Shown in pieces: positions 9,125 through 19,683 of a stretch of 64,000 bases of DNA; positions within the stretch are counted from its first letter, which is position 1; each line of letters opens with the position of its first letter. Position numbers and translations under genes: made by a program. The stretch comes from Gammaproteobacteria bacterium (lineage in GTDB: Bacteria; Pseudomonadota; Gammaproteobacteria; SZUA-140). The stretch spans positions 11,444 through 75,443 of the forward strand of contig WFVD01000029.1 in the NCBI GenBank assembly GCA_015491865.1. Reading direction: 5' to 3'. The notes under the pieces were generated by a model that was given only the letters and a program-made list of their open reading frames with translations, was not told where the DNA came from and searched no databases.

Positions 9125-10252
9125 ATGGCAGACCAACGTCAACCACCCTCGCCCTGCTATCTACTGGAGGAGAGAAATCTCAGGGATAACCTTGAGCTGA
9201 TCGATCGCGTACAACGTGAAACAGGCTGCACCATACTCCTTGCACTAAAAGGGTTTGCGATGTGGTCCACCTTTCCACTCATACGCCACTATCTCCCCGG
9301 CTGCGCTGCGAGTTCGTATAACGAAGCGCGCCTTGCACAACAACACTTCGGCGGGCATCTTCATCTTTATGCGCCCGCCTATAGCGATGCTGAATTTCCT
9401 GAACTGGTTAAACTTGCCGACCGTATCTCGTTTAACTCGCTCAGCCAGTGGTACCGTTTTTCAGATCAAACAGCTGACGTTTCATGTGGTCTACGTCTGA
9501 ACCCTGCTATTAATGAAGTTGAAACCGCTCTCTACAATCCATGCGATGAGCAGTCTCGCCTCGGCATACCCGCCGCAGCGCTCAGCGCAGGCCTCCCTAT
9601 CGGTATTGAGGGGATACATCTGCATGCGCTCTGTGAATGTGATGCTGATGCAACCGGGCGACTGATTGAGGCGGTTGAACACCGTTTTGGGCACCTGCTT
9701 AAGAAACTGAAGTGGATTAATCTGGGCGGTGGTCATCTGATGACACGACAGGGCTATGATGTGGCCCGGCTGATCGATCTCTTAAAAGCTTTCCGCGAAC
9801 GCCACCCCTCATTAGAGGTGGTGCTGGAACCGGGCTCGGCCATCGCCTGGGATTGTGGCACCCTGGTCTGCACGGTGCTCGATGTGATCGAGCGTGGTGG
9901 CGTTCAGATTGCGCTGCTGGACATCTCCGCCACCGCCCATATGCCCGATGTGCTTGAGATGCCTTACCGAGCCACACTACGCGGTGCAGCACTCCCCACA
10001 GAAAAACCGTTTACCTATCGACTCGGGGGGATGAGCTGCCTCGCAGGTGATGTGATTGGCGACTACTCATTTGATCAACCATTAAAGATCGGCGACCGCC
10101 TGATCTTTGAAGATATGCTGCACTACACCATGGTAAAGAGTACCCTGTTCAATGGGGTTAACCACCCTGCCATTGCCGTTCAGCATGAAGATGGCGAAAT
10201 AGAAGTAGTGCGCGATTTCGACTACCACGATTATGAGAGACGCCTTTCATAG
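9125..10252 (+). CDS. nspC: Carboxynorspermidine/carboxyspermidine decarboxylase (PLP-dependent, NspC).
   Basis: 375 aa, collinear with NspC (PYYLLEE..L..N.....R....G..ILLALK.F..W..F.....YL.G...SS..E..L....FGG..H.Y....S...F...). It starts 22 nt downstream of the dehydrogenase stop. Confidence 0.85.
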   Translation: MADQRQPPSPCYLLEERNLRDNLELIDRVQRETGCTILLALKGFAMWSTFPLIRHYLPGCAASSYNEARLAQQHFGGHLHLYAPAYSDAEFPELVKLADRISFNSLSQWYRFSDQTADVSCGLRLNPAINEVETALYNPCDEQSRLGIPAAALSAGLPIGIEGIHLHALCECDADATGRLIEAVEHRFGHLLKKLKWINLGGGHLMTRQGYDVARLIDLLKAFRERHPSLEVVLEPGSAIAWDCGTLVCTVLDVIERGGVQIALLDISATAHMPDVLEMPYRATLRGAALPTEKPFTYRLGGMSCLAGDVIGDYSFDQPLKIGDRLIFEDMLHYTMVKSTLFNGVNHPAIAVQHEDGEIEVVRDFDYHDYERRLS

Positions 10253-10265
10253 CGATACCGCGCGT

Positions 10266-12176
10266 TTAGCCCGGGCTAAACGGAACCGTCGGTGTATCCT
10301 CTTCCAGATAGGTATACCCTTTTAACCCCTCCTGATAAAAGCGTAAAAAAGTGTTCGCCTCACGAGCGTTGATACGCCCTTCACTACGCGCCTCCTGCAC
10401 CTGGCGCCGCATCCGGTCAACCAGGACGGTTTCATGAAACTGCACATAGTTCAGCACATCGGCAACCGTCTCACCCTCGACCACCTGTTCAAGCTCATAC
10501 TGATCACCATCCATACGAATATGCACCGCATGGGTATCGCCAAAAAGATTATGCAGGTCTCCGAGGATCTCCTGATAAGCCCCGGTTAAAAATATCCCGA
10601 GCAGGTAACGCTCTCCTGGATTTTCAGCATGCAGCGGTAATGTCTTAGCATGGCCGTTTTCTAACGGAAAATTAAGCAATGTTCCATCTGAATCACAGGT
10701 CACATCCACCAGTATCGCATCCTGCGTGGGCTTTTCATCGAGCCGATGAACCGGCATCACCGGGAAAACCTGTTTAATAGCCCACGCATCTGGCAGCGAC
10801 TGAAATACCGAAAAATTACAGAAGTAACGGTCCGCCGCCTGAGTTCTTAATTCCGGCATCAACTGTTCAATCTCATTCTCATCCAGTCGCTGCATAAGAG
10901 CATTAACCAGATGCCAGTAGATATCTTCCATCAAAGCGCGATCAGAGAGCGTGGCGTGACCGAGACTAAACAGCTTATTCATATCCTCACGCAATGAGAT
11001 GGCGATATGCATCGCTTCGCGTGGCGACATCTCATCCAGCTCATTCAGCGTCTCCCATATCTGACGAAGTTGAGAGGGGGTGCCATCAGCGGGTGGCTGC
11101 AGAGGCTGGTCACTCATACGTTTCGTAATACCCAGCACATCTACAATCAATACGGCGTGATGTGCCACCAGAGCACGTCCCGATTCCGAGATAATATCAG
11201 GATGTTCCAGCCCCTCGTCATTACAGGCCTGCTGCATCGTCCAGACAATCTCATTGGCGTATTCCTGCAGGCTATAGTTAACTGAGGCGATGTTACCGTC
11301 GTAGTTCACCCCCAGTCCGCCGCCGACATCGATAAACGCTATCGGGGCACCAAGGCGACGCGCCTCCACAAAGTATCGCGCCGCCTCCTGCATGGCGTCC
11401 TTAATACTGCTGATCTCCGGTACCTGACTGCCGATATGAAAATGGAGCAGGTTCAGCGATGATAGCTGCCCCGCCTCTTTTAGTTTGTTGATTGCATCCA
11501 GCAACTCCGAAGGCGACAGACCAAACTTCGACAGATCACCGCCCGAACTATCCCACTTCCCTTTACTGCTGGCGGCAAGCCGGCAGCGTAGCCCAATCAA
11601 CGGTTTCACCTGCAGCCGCTGCGCAGTGTTTAATATCAGCTCAAGCTCATTCGGTTTTTCAATCACGATGAAGATGCGCTTGCCCATCTTTAAACCCATC
11701 AACGCCAGCTCGATAAACTCCTGGTCCTTATAACCGTTACAGATGATTAACCCTTCAACATCCTCCAGCATCGCCAGCGTCGCGTGCAGCTCCGGCTTGG
11801 AACCCGCCTCCAGCCCCCAGTTAAAGGCAGCACCATACTCGATGATCTCTTCAACCACCTGTCGCTGCTGGTTCACTTTTATTGGATAGACACCGTAATA
11901 TTTGCCCTGATAGGCCGCCTCCTCGCGCGCGATGCTAAAGCGCTTATGAATCTGCTCCATGCGTTTTTTTAGCAGGTCAGAGAAACGGAGGAGCAGTGGT
12001 GGGTGGAGATTCTGCAGCGCCAGTTCATCACAGAGCTTCTTGAGATCAATACGATTACCGTTTGCGACTGCCTCAACATTGCCGACATCATTAACATGAA
12101 AAAACCCACCGCCCCAGCCCGCTACCTGATAGAGTTGCGCGGCATCACTCACGCACCACTTTTGATCACTCATCAT
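10266..12176 (-). CDS. speA: Biosynthetic arginine decarboxylase (PLP-dependent).
   Basis: The ~637-aa protein contains WxxxDAAQLYQVAGWGGGFFHVNDVGNVEAV and the HFHIGSQ PLP/K motif, and is full-length SpeA-like. The ORF track extends to 12227. I place the start at the MMSDQKW methionine (12176), which removes overlap with speB. Confidence 0.85.
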   Translation of the reverse strand: MMSDQKWCVSDAAQLYQVAGWGGGFFHVNDVGNVEAVANGNRIDLKKLCDELALQNLHPPLLLRFSDLLKKRMEQIHKRFSIAREEAAYQGKYYGVYPIKVNQQRQVVEEIIEYGAAFNWGLEAGSKPELHATLAMLEDVEGLIICNGYKDQEFIELALMGLKMGKRIFIVIEKPNELELILNTAQRLQVKPLIGLRCRLAASSKGKWDSSGGDLSKFGLSPSELLDAINKLKEAGQLSSLNLLHFHIGSQVPEISSIKDAMQEAARYFVEARRLGAPIAFIDVGGGLGVNYDGNIASVNYSLQEYANEIVWTMQQACNDEGLEHPDIISESGRALVAHHAVLIVDVLGITKRMSDQPLQPPADGTPSQLRQIWETLNELDEMSPREAMHIAISLREDMNKLFSLGHATLSDRALMEDIYWHLVNALMQRLDENEIEQLMPELRTQAADRYFCNFSVFQSLPDAWAIKQVFPVMPVHRLDEKPTQDAILVDVTCDSDGTLLNFPLENGHAKTLPLHAENPGERYLLGIFLTGAYQEILGDLHNLFGDTHAVHIRMDGDQYELEQVVEGETVADVLNYVQFHETVLVDRMRRQVQEARSEGRINAREANTFLRFYQEGLKGYTYLEEDTPTVPFSPG

Positions 12177-13107
12177 CAACCCCTGCTTGCGACCCATCCC
12201 TTGGGCGCTGAGCGTAACCGTTAGCACTGCCCCAGTATGAGATACATTTCAGCACCAGTTTGGCAGCCATCATTTCAGAAACCTGGCTGGGCTCAGGTGC
12301 AAGCTCTACAATGTCGATGTTGCGTAGATCCACCGCACGGTTATCGGTGAGGGTCTGCAGCAGATCAAGCCCCTGATGCCACGACAGCCCTCCCGGTTGC
12401 GGTGTTCCCACACCGCCAACCAGTGCCGGGTCATAACCATCCATATCGATACTCAACCAGACCGGGCCACTGAGCGCTGCCAGCTGATCAAGTAGCGCCT
12501 GCCACACTGCCGGCTGCTGCAGGGGGCGATCAAACCAGGCGGTGATGCCGTCGTCTGCCGCAATCATCGCCGCTTCATCAGCATGTAGTGAGCGGATACC
12601 GATCTGTATCAGTTGATAACCCCGCTCTCTGATACGGTACATCGGGCAGGCGTGGTTATAGATCGAACCGTGATAACGGGGGCGAAGATCTGCATGGGCA
12701 TCAATATGCACCACCGTGCCCCCTTCTGGCATGCGTGCAAATAGCATCTCTGGCGTAATGGAATGCTCTCCTCCCAGTGCGATCAACAGCGCCTCTTCGG
12801 GTAGCTGGGCAACCCTCTCCGCGAGACGGCGATGATATGCCGCCAGCGGCTCCTCCGCTACATCTTCGACCGCAGGCAGCACTGCGAGCCTAAGGTGCAG
12901 TAGTGGACTCCAGCCCATATCCTCTTCATAAAACTCCAGCTGCTCACTCGCGGCTAATATCGCCGCGGGGCCATTGGCGGTACCTGACTTATAGGTCACA
13001 GTCTGTTCATGCGGTACCGGAAGAATCAGCACATCAGCGTCGGCAGTAGCACCATTGGGCAGTGAGAGGAATTGCATCGTTCTTTTCATAGGGGCGAATT
13101 TTGCCAC
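12166..13107 (-). CDS. speB: Agmatinase (ureohydrolase / arginase family).
   Basis: Carries the GGEHSITP, IDAHADLR and SIDMDGYDPA metal-binding motifs of the arginase/agmatinase family. It lies immediately upstream of, and is co-oriented with, speA. Confidence 0.75.
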   Translation of the reverse strand: MAKFAPMKRTMQFLSLPNGATADADVLILPVPHEQTVTYKSGTANGPAAILAASEQLEFYEEDMGWSPLLHLRLAVLPAVEDVAEEPLAAYHRRLAERVAQLPEEALLIALGGEHSITPEMLFARMPEGGTVVHIDAHADLRPRYHGSIYNHACPMYRIRERGYQLIQIGIRSLHADEAAMIAADDGITAWFDRPLQQPAVWQALLDQLAALSGPVWLSIDMDGYDPALVGGVGTPQPGGLSWHQGLDLLQTLTDNRAVDLRNIDIVELAPEPSQVSEMMAAKLVLKCISYWGSANGYAQRPRDGSQAGVDDE

Positions 13108-13196
13108 TATTTCGCTGTTTTAGCACTATTCAACAGGCCCCTTTCCCCTTCCTTTCAGGGCCATCCAATGCACAATGATCCACAGCAGTTAGCGCA

Positions 13197-13976
13197 CTAT
13201 TTGACGGGTAACGTTGAGAGATAGGCGAGCAGGTCGATCTGATCCTGTAGCGTTACCACACCCAGCATCGCAGGCATATTGAGCCGCGGCCGCCCCTCTG
13301 GATCATATTTATTGGTATAAAATTTACCGGGGTGACCAAAGCGAATTTTGTGCATGGTTTTCCAGGGATTATGCTGCACAACCCCGCCCAGATAGCGTTT
13401 TTCTCCATTTACGCGAGAGAGGTTGCGTGTTTTACCATCACTGCCGTGACAGAGTGAGCACTGCTCCAGATAGGTCAACCGCCCTTTACGCGCATCGCCT
13501 GAAATCTTTTTTGTGATGGGATGAATAAAACGGCGCATATCAATCTGCCCCAACACCACAAAGGCCGCTACCGCCTCTAGCTGTCTGGCTGGCAGAAACT
13601 GATCAAACAGGTGGTTATCGTTCTTTAGCGTATCAAGCACCGCTGGTATCGATGTTCTGCGAGCAGCAAAAATCCCCTGTGTACCGGTGTAGTGCTCACC
13701 AACGCCGTAGCTTCCCGCAGCACCACGATAGTCCCAGCCGTGACACTCTTTACAGCGCCAGGTAGCAGCCCCTCGCTGTTTACCTTTGTAGTCGTTATAA
13801 CCGGGATGCGTTTTGCTCGGTGCTGAGACCCCTAGCTCCGCTGCCCAGTTATCATAAAGTCGCCCACCTTCACCAATCTCATAGCTATCATACAGCTCGC
13901 TTTCTGCCATTAACACGTGGCTAAACAGCAGCGAAACAAGCAGCCATTTCAGTGGGGATCTCTTTACCCATCGCAT
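13197..13976 (-). CDS. Periplasmic diheme c-type cytochrome.
   Basis: Signal peptide (MRWVKRSPLKWLLVSLLFSHVLMAE) plus two CXXCH haem-binding motifs (CKECHG and CSLCHG), in 259 aa. Confidence 0.7.
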   Translation of the reverse strand: MRWVKRSPLKWLLVSLLFSHVLMAESELYDSYEIGEGGRLYDNWAAELGVSAPSKTHPGYNDYKGKQRGAATWRCKECHGWDYRGAAGSYGVGEHYTGTQGIFAARRTSIPAVLDTLKNDNHLFDQFLPARQLEAVAAFVVLGQIDMRRFIHPITKKISGDARKGRLTYLEQCSLCHGSDGKTRNLSRVNGEKRYLGGVVQHNPWKTMHKIRFGHPGKFYTNKYDPEGRPRLNMPAMLGVVTLQDQIDLLAYLSTLPVK

Positions 13977-14199
13977 AAGAAGACTCCATTAACGCTCTAT
14001 CCCTTAGCATATCGACCGGGAGAGTGAGTTTTATGAGTCACGACCACCGGGAGCCTGTCGTACCTTTCACACATGGGGGCGCATCATCAGCAACAAGGCG
14101 GCAGAGCGCCTCCGTTTTTACGGCAAGCGGGTCAATAATGACGGCCTGCTGGAGATGATGGGTGAAAATGAGGCCAGTGGGCACCTCCCTCTTTGCGGC

Positions 14200-15504
14200 C
14201 TACCGAACCCCTCTTCCTGGAGGGCGACTCACAGCCCTCTTATGAGAGGGCTTAGCAGCTCGGCCTGCTCTTTTTTTGCTACCCGGCTTTTCAGCTGCAT
14301 ACTGTTTCGGTTTTTTGGCTTTCTTGGGTCTCTTTGGGCCACCGGCACGCGGTTGGGTGATGGGGACTACCTGCCGAGGCACAAACCCCACCTCCTGCTC
14401 ACGAGTGATCTGCTGCTGAATCACCGTCTCGATTGCGGCTAGCTGCTTGGCATCATCGGCAGCCACCAGTGAAATCGCCTCACCCTGTAGGCCTGCGCGC
14501 CCGGTGCGGCCGATACGGTGGACATAATCAGTCGCCACTTTAGGCAGATCAAAATTAACCACATACGGCAGCTGCACGATATCCAGGCCGCGAGCCGCAA
14601 CATCAGTCGCGACCAGAATGCGTACATCTCCCGCCTTGAATGTTGCCAATGCCCGGGTGCGCGCACCCTGGCTTTTATCACCATGAATCGAAATCGCGGT
14701 AATGCCATCTTCCTCAAGTTGCCTGACCAGGCGGTCGGCACCGCGTTTCGTCAGGGTAAAAACCAGCGCCTGCTTCCAGCCACCTCGGCGAATCAAATGA
14801 CTTAAAAGCGCCGACTTGCGAGCCTTGTCGACTTCAAAAACGGACTGCTTGACAGAGCTGGCAGCTGCATTGCGCGGGCTGACTTCGATTTGAACAGGGT
14901 TGTGCAGAAGCGCGCCCGCAAGGCGGCGAATATCGGGTGAGAAGGTCGCTGAGAAGAGGAGGTTCTGTCGCTGTTGCGGTAACAGCGAGATGATTTTAGT
15001 GACCTCATCGGTAAAGCCCAGATCAAGCATGCGGTCGGCCTCATCCAGCACCAGCGTTTCGACTGTCGATAAGTGGATCGCACGCTGATGATAAAGGTCC
15101 AGCAGACGCCCCGGGGTTGCCACCAGCAGATCAACCCCGCCACGTAGCCTTTTCATCTGTGGATTGATCTTCACCCCACCGAAAACCACCGTCGAACGCA
15201 GTGAGAGATGGCGGCTATAGCGCGCGACAAACGCCCCCACCTGCGCAGCAAGCTCACGTGTCGGGGTTAAAATCAACGCCCGTACCCTGTTGGCTCTGGC
15301 CTGTTCACCTTCAGCCAGGCTCTGCAGTAGTGGCAGTGAAAAGGCCGCTGTTTTACCGCTGCCGGTCTCTGCAGCAGCCATCACGTCACGACGCGACAGT
15401 ATCACAGGAATCGCCTTTTTCTGTACTGACGTCGGCTTATCGTACCCCTCAGCTTCAACGGCACGCAACAGGCGGTCGGTAAGACCCAGTTCAGAAAAGC
15501 TCAT
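14200..15504 (-). CDS. rhlE: ATP-dependent DEAD-box RNA helicase (RhlE-like) with a basic C-terminal tail.
   Basis: Contains the Q-motif, AxTGSGKT (motif I), DEAD (motif II), SAT and HRIGRTGR, plus an Arg/Lys-rich C-terminus. The start is taken at MSFSELG; the ORF track begins 4 codons earlier. Confidence 0.85.
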   Translation of the reverse strand: MSFSELGLTDRLLRAVEAEGYDKPTSVQKKAIPVILSRRDVMAAAETGSGKTAAFSLPLLQSLAEGEQARANRVRALILTPTRELAAQVGAFVARYSRHLSLRSTVVFGGVKINPQMKRLRGGVDLLVATPGRLLDLYHQRAIHLSTVETLVLDEADRMLDLGFTDEVTKIISLLPQQRQNLLFSATFSPDIRRLAGALLHNPVQIEVSPRNAAASSVKQSVFEVDKARKSALLSHLIRRGGWKQALVFTLTKRGADRLVRQLEEDGITAISIHGDKSQGARTRALATFKAGDVRILVATDVAARGLDIVQLPYVVNFDLPKVATDYVHRIGRTGRAGLQGEAISLVAADDAKQLAAIETVIQQQITREQEVGFVPRQVVPITQPRAGGPKRPKKAKKPKQYAAEKPGSKKRAGRAAKPSHKRAVSRPPGRGVR

Positions 15505-15629
15505 CGGCAGCAACACTCAATAGCGGGCTTTATACAACCACCCATAGAAATAGAGTGGGTGATTATACGTGATTTACAGCGCAGTTTAGCGCACCGTTTT
15601 CATCTCTCCCGGTTGACGACCGATGTGAT

Positions 15630-16754
15630 CTAATCCCAGCTCAAGCCGCCACCGGTCTGATACTCCGTCACCCGTGTCTCAAAGAAATTTTTCTCTTTAC
15701 GGATGTTGGACTGCTCATCCAGCCACGGCAATGCACATTCGGCGCCGGGGAATGGTTCCTCAAAATCGAGCTGACGGGCGCGACGGTTGGCGATAAAACG
15801 GAACTGTTCAATGTGCTGCTCTGCATCGTAGCCGAGCATCGGCTCGCGCAGAATATAATTCGCATAGCGGCTCTCTGCGGCCTCTGCCTCATCCCACATC
15901 TCGCGTAGTGCCGTAGGATCTGGCCGGATATTCTCTTCCTGCATTAGCTGTTTTACGGTACGGATGCCAAAGCCACAATGCATCACCTCATCTCGCATGA
16001 TGTACTGCAGCTGTTCTGCCGTTCCCTTCATCAGGCCGCGGCGCTGCAATGCAAAGATCGGACTAAAGCCGTTAAAGAACCAACACCCCTCAAATACCGC
16101 TGCAAAAAAGAGATATGACATCAGAAAGTCATGTAGATCATCTCGATTCGTCAGGTCGATATCCGGGCGCAGCACCGAGTTAAGGCGTCGATTCGCGATC
16201 TTGATCTTCGAGTGGATCTCGGGCACGACTCGATAACGATTATAGATCTCACCCTGTTCAATACCGATGGTTTCAATGCAATGTTGATAGGTCCAGGTGT
16301 GTAGCGCCTCTTCATAGACCTGACGCGCCTGGTAGATCTGCAACTCAGGGGCGCTCATCTTCTCCATCACCGCCAGGCCGACATTTCGCATCGCCAGAAT
16401 ATCGGAGGTGGTTAAATAGGCCAGCACGTTCTCATACACATGACGCTCATTATCGTTAAGCTTATTGTGATAATCCTGTACATCCTGAGTCATATTGATA
16501 TCAAGTGGTGTCCAGTGGTTTTTATTGGCATTAAGAAAATATTTCCACGCCCACGGATACTTGAATGGTGCCAGCTGATTGATATCCGCCACACCATTCA
16601 CCACCCGTTTATCCTCTGCCCGCACCGGTGGAAGGTGATGTGACTCTGTCTGCTCAAGTTCATCAATGATGCGCTGTACTGCCGGCTCAACAACGGCCTC
16701 ATCAGAGATCTTCGCCACACTGGCGCTACTTAATGGGTTATCCCAGTTCAACAT
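15630..16754 (-). CDS. nrdB: Class Ia ribonucleotide reductase small (beta) subunit.
   Basis: Ferritin-like diiron/tyrosyl-radical protein collinear with NrdB (..EEALHTWTYQH.., C-terminal ..EYQTGGGLSWD). The ORF track start (16823) overlaps the nrdA 3' end. I use the internal Met near 16754, so the exact start is uncertain. Confidence 0.85.
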   Translation of the reverse strand: MLNWDNPLSSASVAKISDEAVVEPAVQRIIDELEQTESHHLPPVRAEDKRVVNGVADINQLAPFKYPWAWKYFLNANKNHWTPLDINMTQDVQDYHNKLNDNERHVYENVLAYLTTSDILAMRNVGLAVMEKMSAPELQIYQARQVYEEALHTWTYQHCIETIGIEQGEIYNRYRVVPEIHSKIKIANRRLNSVLRPDIDLTNRDDLHDFLMSYLFFAAVFEGCWFFNGFSPIFALQRRGLMKGTAEQLQYIMRDEVMHCGFGIRTVKQLMQEENIRPDPTALREMWDEAEAAESRYANYILREPMLGYDAEQHIEQFRFIANRRARQLDFEEPFPGAECALPWLDEQSNIRKEKNFFETRVTEYQTGGGLSWD

Positions 16755-16767
16755 GAGTGGCTCCTTA

Positions 16768-19578
16768 TTATTGACACGCTTCGCAGTCGGGGTCATCAAT
16801 TGAGCAGAGTTTTGGCGCATCACTGCTCACCGCATGTGCGCTACTTTTCTCCACATGTGTCGCACCCAGTGTGCGCAGATAATAGGTCGTCTTAAGACCA
16901 CGTACCCAGGCGAGCTTATAAAGGCTGTCGAGCGCCTTGCCATCGGGTTCAGAGAGATAAAGATTGAGTGACTGCGCCTGATCAAGCCACTTCTGGCGAC
17001 GGCTTGCCGCCTCAATCAACCAGCGGGAGTCGATCTCAAAGGCGGTGGCATATTTCTGTTTTAACTGCTCCGGGATGCGCTCAATCGGCTGTACAGAGCC
17101 GTCGAAATATTTGAGGTCATTGACCATCACCTCGTCCCACAGTCCCAGCGCTTTCAGGTCGGCAACCAGATGCGTATTCACCACTGTAAATTCACCAGAG
17201 AGGTTCGATTTCACAAACAGATTCTGGTAAGTCGGTTCGATTGATTGCGACACACCACAAATGTTTGAAATGGTTGCCGTCGGCGCGATCGCCATGCAGT
17301 TCGAGTTACGCATACCGACCTGCTTAACGCGCTGGCGCAGGGACTCCCAATCCAGTGAGGCTGTTTCATCCACATCGACAAAACGACCCCGCTCCTGCTT
17401 AAGTCGCTGTAGCGAATCATACGGCAACACACCCTGGCTCCAGAGCGACCCTTCAAAGCTGGCATAACGGCCGCGTTCCTCTGCCAGGTTGGTGGAGGCG
17501 GAAATGGCGTGATATGAGATCAGTTCCATCGAGCGGTCGGCAAAATCAACCGCCTCCGACGAGGCGTATGGCAGGTTCAGTTTATACAGTGCCTCCTGAA
17601 AACCCATCACCCCCAACCCCACCGGACGATGGCGTAGATTTGAATTACGCGCCTGCGGTACCGCGTAATAGTTGTATTCGATCACGTTATCGAGCATCCG
17701 CATCGCGGTATTGATGGTGCGTTCAAGGCGCTCTCTATCAATACCGTTGTCTGACACATGTGCCGCCAGGTTCACCGAGCCAAGATTACAGACGGCGATC
17801 TCTTTTTCTGATGTGTGCAAGGTGATCTCAGTACAGAGATTGGAGCTATGCACCACCCCGACATGCTGGTTGGTGTAACGAATATTGCAGGGATCCTTAA
17901 AGGTGATCCAGGGGTGGCCTGTTTCAAACAGCTGGCCGAGCATCTTGCGCCATAATGTCACGGCTGAAACACGTTTGAATATGTGCAGTTCACCACGCTC
18001 GGCGGCCGCCTCATACGCCTCATATTTTTCACGGAAGGCGCTGCCCGTAAGTTCATGCAGTTCGGGGGTCTCATCGGGTGAGAAGAGTGTCCATTCACCC
18101 TCATCAGCGACCCGTTCCATAAACAGATCCGGCACCCAGTTGGCGCTATTCATATCGTGGGTGCGGCGGCGTTCATCACCGGTATTTTTACGCAGCTCTA
18201 AAAACTCTTCGATATCGATGTGCCAGGTCTCAAGATAGGCGCACACCGCCCCCTTTCGCTTGCCGCCCTGATTAACGGCCACTGCGGTATCGTTGGCCAC
18301 TTTAAGAAACGGCACCACCCCCTGTGACTCGCCATTGGTCCCTTTTATTTTAGCGCCAAGGCCGCGTACCGGTGTCCAGTCATTACCCAGACCACCGGCA
18401 AATTTTGATAGCAGTGCGTTATCCTTGATCGCGTTATAGATCCCCTCCAGTTCATCCGGCACGGTACTTAAGTAACATGATGAAAGCTGTGGGCGCAGTG
18501 TGCCTGAGTTAAAGAGGGTCGGGGTTGAGCTCATAAAATCAAACGATGACAACAGCTCATAAAACTCTATCGCACGCGCCTCACGGTCGATTTCATTAAT
18601 CGCCAGCCCCATGGCCACACGCATAAAAAAGGCCTGTGGCAGCTCCAGCCGCTGGTTATCGCTATGAATGAAGTAGCGGTCATAGAGCGTCTGCAACCCG
18701 AGGTAGGTAAATTTAAGGTCACGCTCGGGCTTGATCGCCTGCCCCAGTCGCGCCAGGTCAAAACGTGTTAGCTCTGTGTCGAGTAGTTCAATCTCTGCAG
18801 CCTTGCGAATGTAGTCCGTAAAATAGTCGGCGTAGCGCGCTGTCATCTCCGCCTGGTCAATATGCGGCTGTGGTTCACTACTCAAAAACGACACCACCTC
18901 CTGGCGCAGACTGTCTAGCAGCAGCCGCGCCGAAACATGGGCGTAGTCTGGCTCCTTATCAATCAGGGTGCGCGCACTCATCACCAGTACGGTCGCAATA
19001 TCTTTTTCTGCAATGCCGTCATATATGTTGCGCAACGCCTCTTTCAGAATCAGCGCGCTGTCGACCCCCGACAGCCCTGCACACGCCTCATGGATGATCG
19101 CCCTGACCGAGGACTCCTGCAGCACCTGGCGACTACCATCCCCCATCGTGATATGAATACGCGCTTCATCACTGCTCGTCTGCGCATCCGTCTCGCTTTC
19201 CATCTGCCGGCGACGGTTATGCTCTTCGCGATAAAGCACATAGGCGCGCGCGACTTTGTGATGACCGTTACGCATCAATGCCAGTTCTACCTGATCCTGG
19301 ATATCTTCGATATGGATCGCACCGCCGCCGCTCAAACGGCGGAACAGCGCATCAATCACCTGCGAGGTCAACTGTTCCGCTATCTCGCGTACGCGGTGCG
19401 AGTCACTCGCTTGACCACCTTCTACGGCGAGGAACGCCCTGGTCACAGCCACCTGAATCTTGGAAGGGTCAAAACGGGTCAGCTTGCCATTTCGGCGAAT
19501 CACCTGGTGCTGGGAATATTCGTTGGTATCAGGAGTGACAGCTAAGGGCGCGTTAGTCTGCATGATAATCCTCATCAT
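16768..19578 (-). CDS. nrdA: Class Ia ribonucleotide reductase large (alpha) subunit with two N-terminal ATP-cone domains.
   Basis: 936 aa. The first ATP-cone is VIRRNGKLTRFDPSKIQVAVTRAF...VARAYVLYREEH. A second E. coli-type cone is IHITMGDGSRQVLQESSVRAIIHEACAGL...DYAHVSARLLL. The catalytic core carries SNLCTEI and a C-terminal CxxC..Y tail. A GAGGA Shine-Dalgarno precedes the third in-frame ATG (19563, MQTNAPL), which may be the true start. Confidence 0.9.
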   Translation of the reverse strand: MMRIIMQTNAPLAVTPDTNEYSQHQVIRRNGKLTRFDPSKIQVAVTRAFLAVEGGQASDSHRVREIAEQLTSQVIDALFRRLSGGGAIHIEDIQDQVELALMRNGHHKVARAYVLYREEHNRRRQMESETDAQTSSDEARIHITMGDGSRQVLQESSVRAIIHEACAGLSGVDSALILKEALRNIYDGIAEKDIATVLVMSARTLIDKEPDYAHVSARLLLDSLRQEVVSFLSSEPQPHIDQAEMTARYADYFTDYIRKAAEIELLDTELTRFDLARLGQAIKPERDLKFTYLGLQTLYDRYFIHSDNQRLELPQAFFMRVAMGLAINEIDREARAIEFYELLSSFDFMSSTPTLFNSGTLRPQLSSCYLSTVPDELEGIYNAIKDNALLSKFAGGLGNDWTPVRGLGAKIKGTNGESQGVVPFLKVANDTAVAVNQGGKRKGAVCAYLETWHIDIEEFLELRKNTGDERRRTHDMNSANWVPDLFMERVADEGEWTLFSPDETPELHELTGSAFREKYEAYEAAAERGELHIFKRVSAVTLWRKMLGQLFETGHPWITFKDPCNIRYTNQHVGVVHSSNLCTEITLHTSEKEIAVCNLGSVNLAAHVSDNGIDRERLERTINTAMRMLDNVIEYNYYAVPQARNSNLRHRPVGLGVMGFQEALYKLNLPYASSEAVDFADRSMELISYHAISASTNLAEERGRYASFEGSLWSQGVLPYDSLQRLKQERGRFVDVDETASLDWESLRQRVKQVGMRNSNCMAIAPTATISNICGVSQSIEPTYQNLFVKSNLSGEFTVVNTHLVADLKALGLWDEVMVNDLKYFDGSVQPIERIPEQLKQKYATAFEIDSRWLIEAASRRQKWLDQAQSLNLYLSEPDGKALDSLYKLAWVRGLKTTYYLRTLGATHVEKSSAHAVSSDAPKLCSIDDPDCEACQ

Positions 19579-19683
19579 TAAATCGAATGGTCAGGCAAGG
19601 CGCAGATAAAACAGGAGAGAAGGCGCAGCGGCAGCAGAAAGCAGCCACAATCGCACTCAACCTGTGACCTTAACGCGAGGCCC

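Noticed and set aside
15630-16823. Long nrdB model overlapping the nrdA stop by 56 nt
   Set aside because: The extra N-terminal residues are not NrdB-like. An internal Met near 16754 removes the overlap. The exact start remains uncertain.
18937-19545. 202-aa plus-strand ORF inside nrdA
   Set aside because: It is antisense to nrdA with an Arg-rich, non-protein-like composition.
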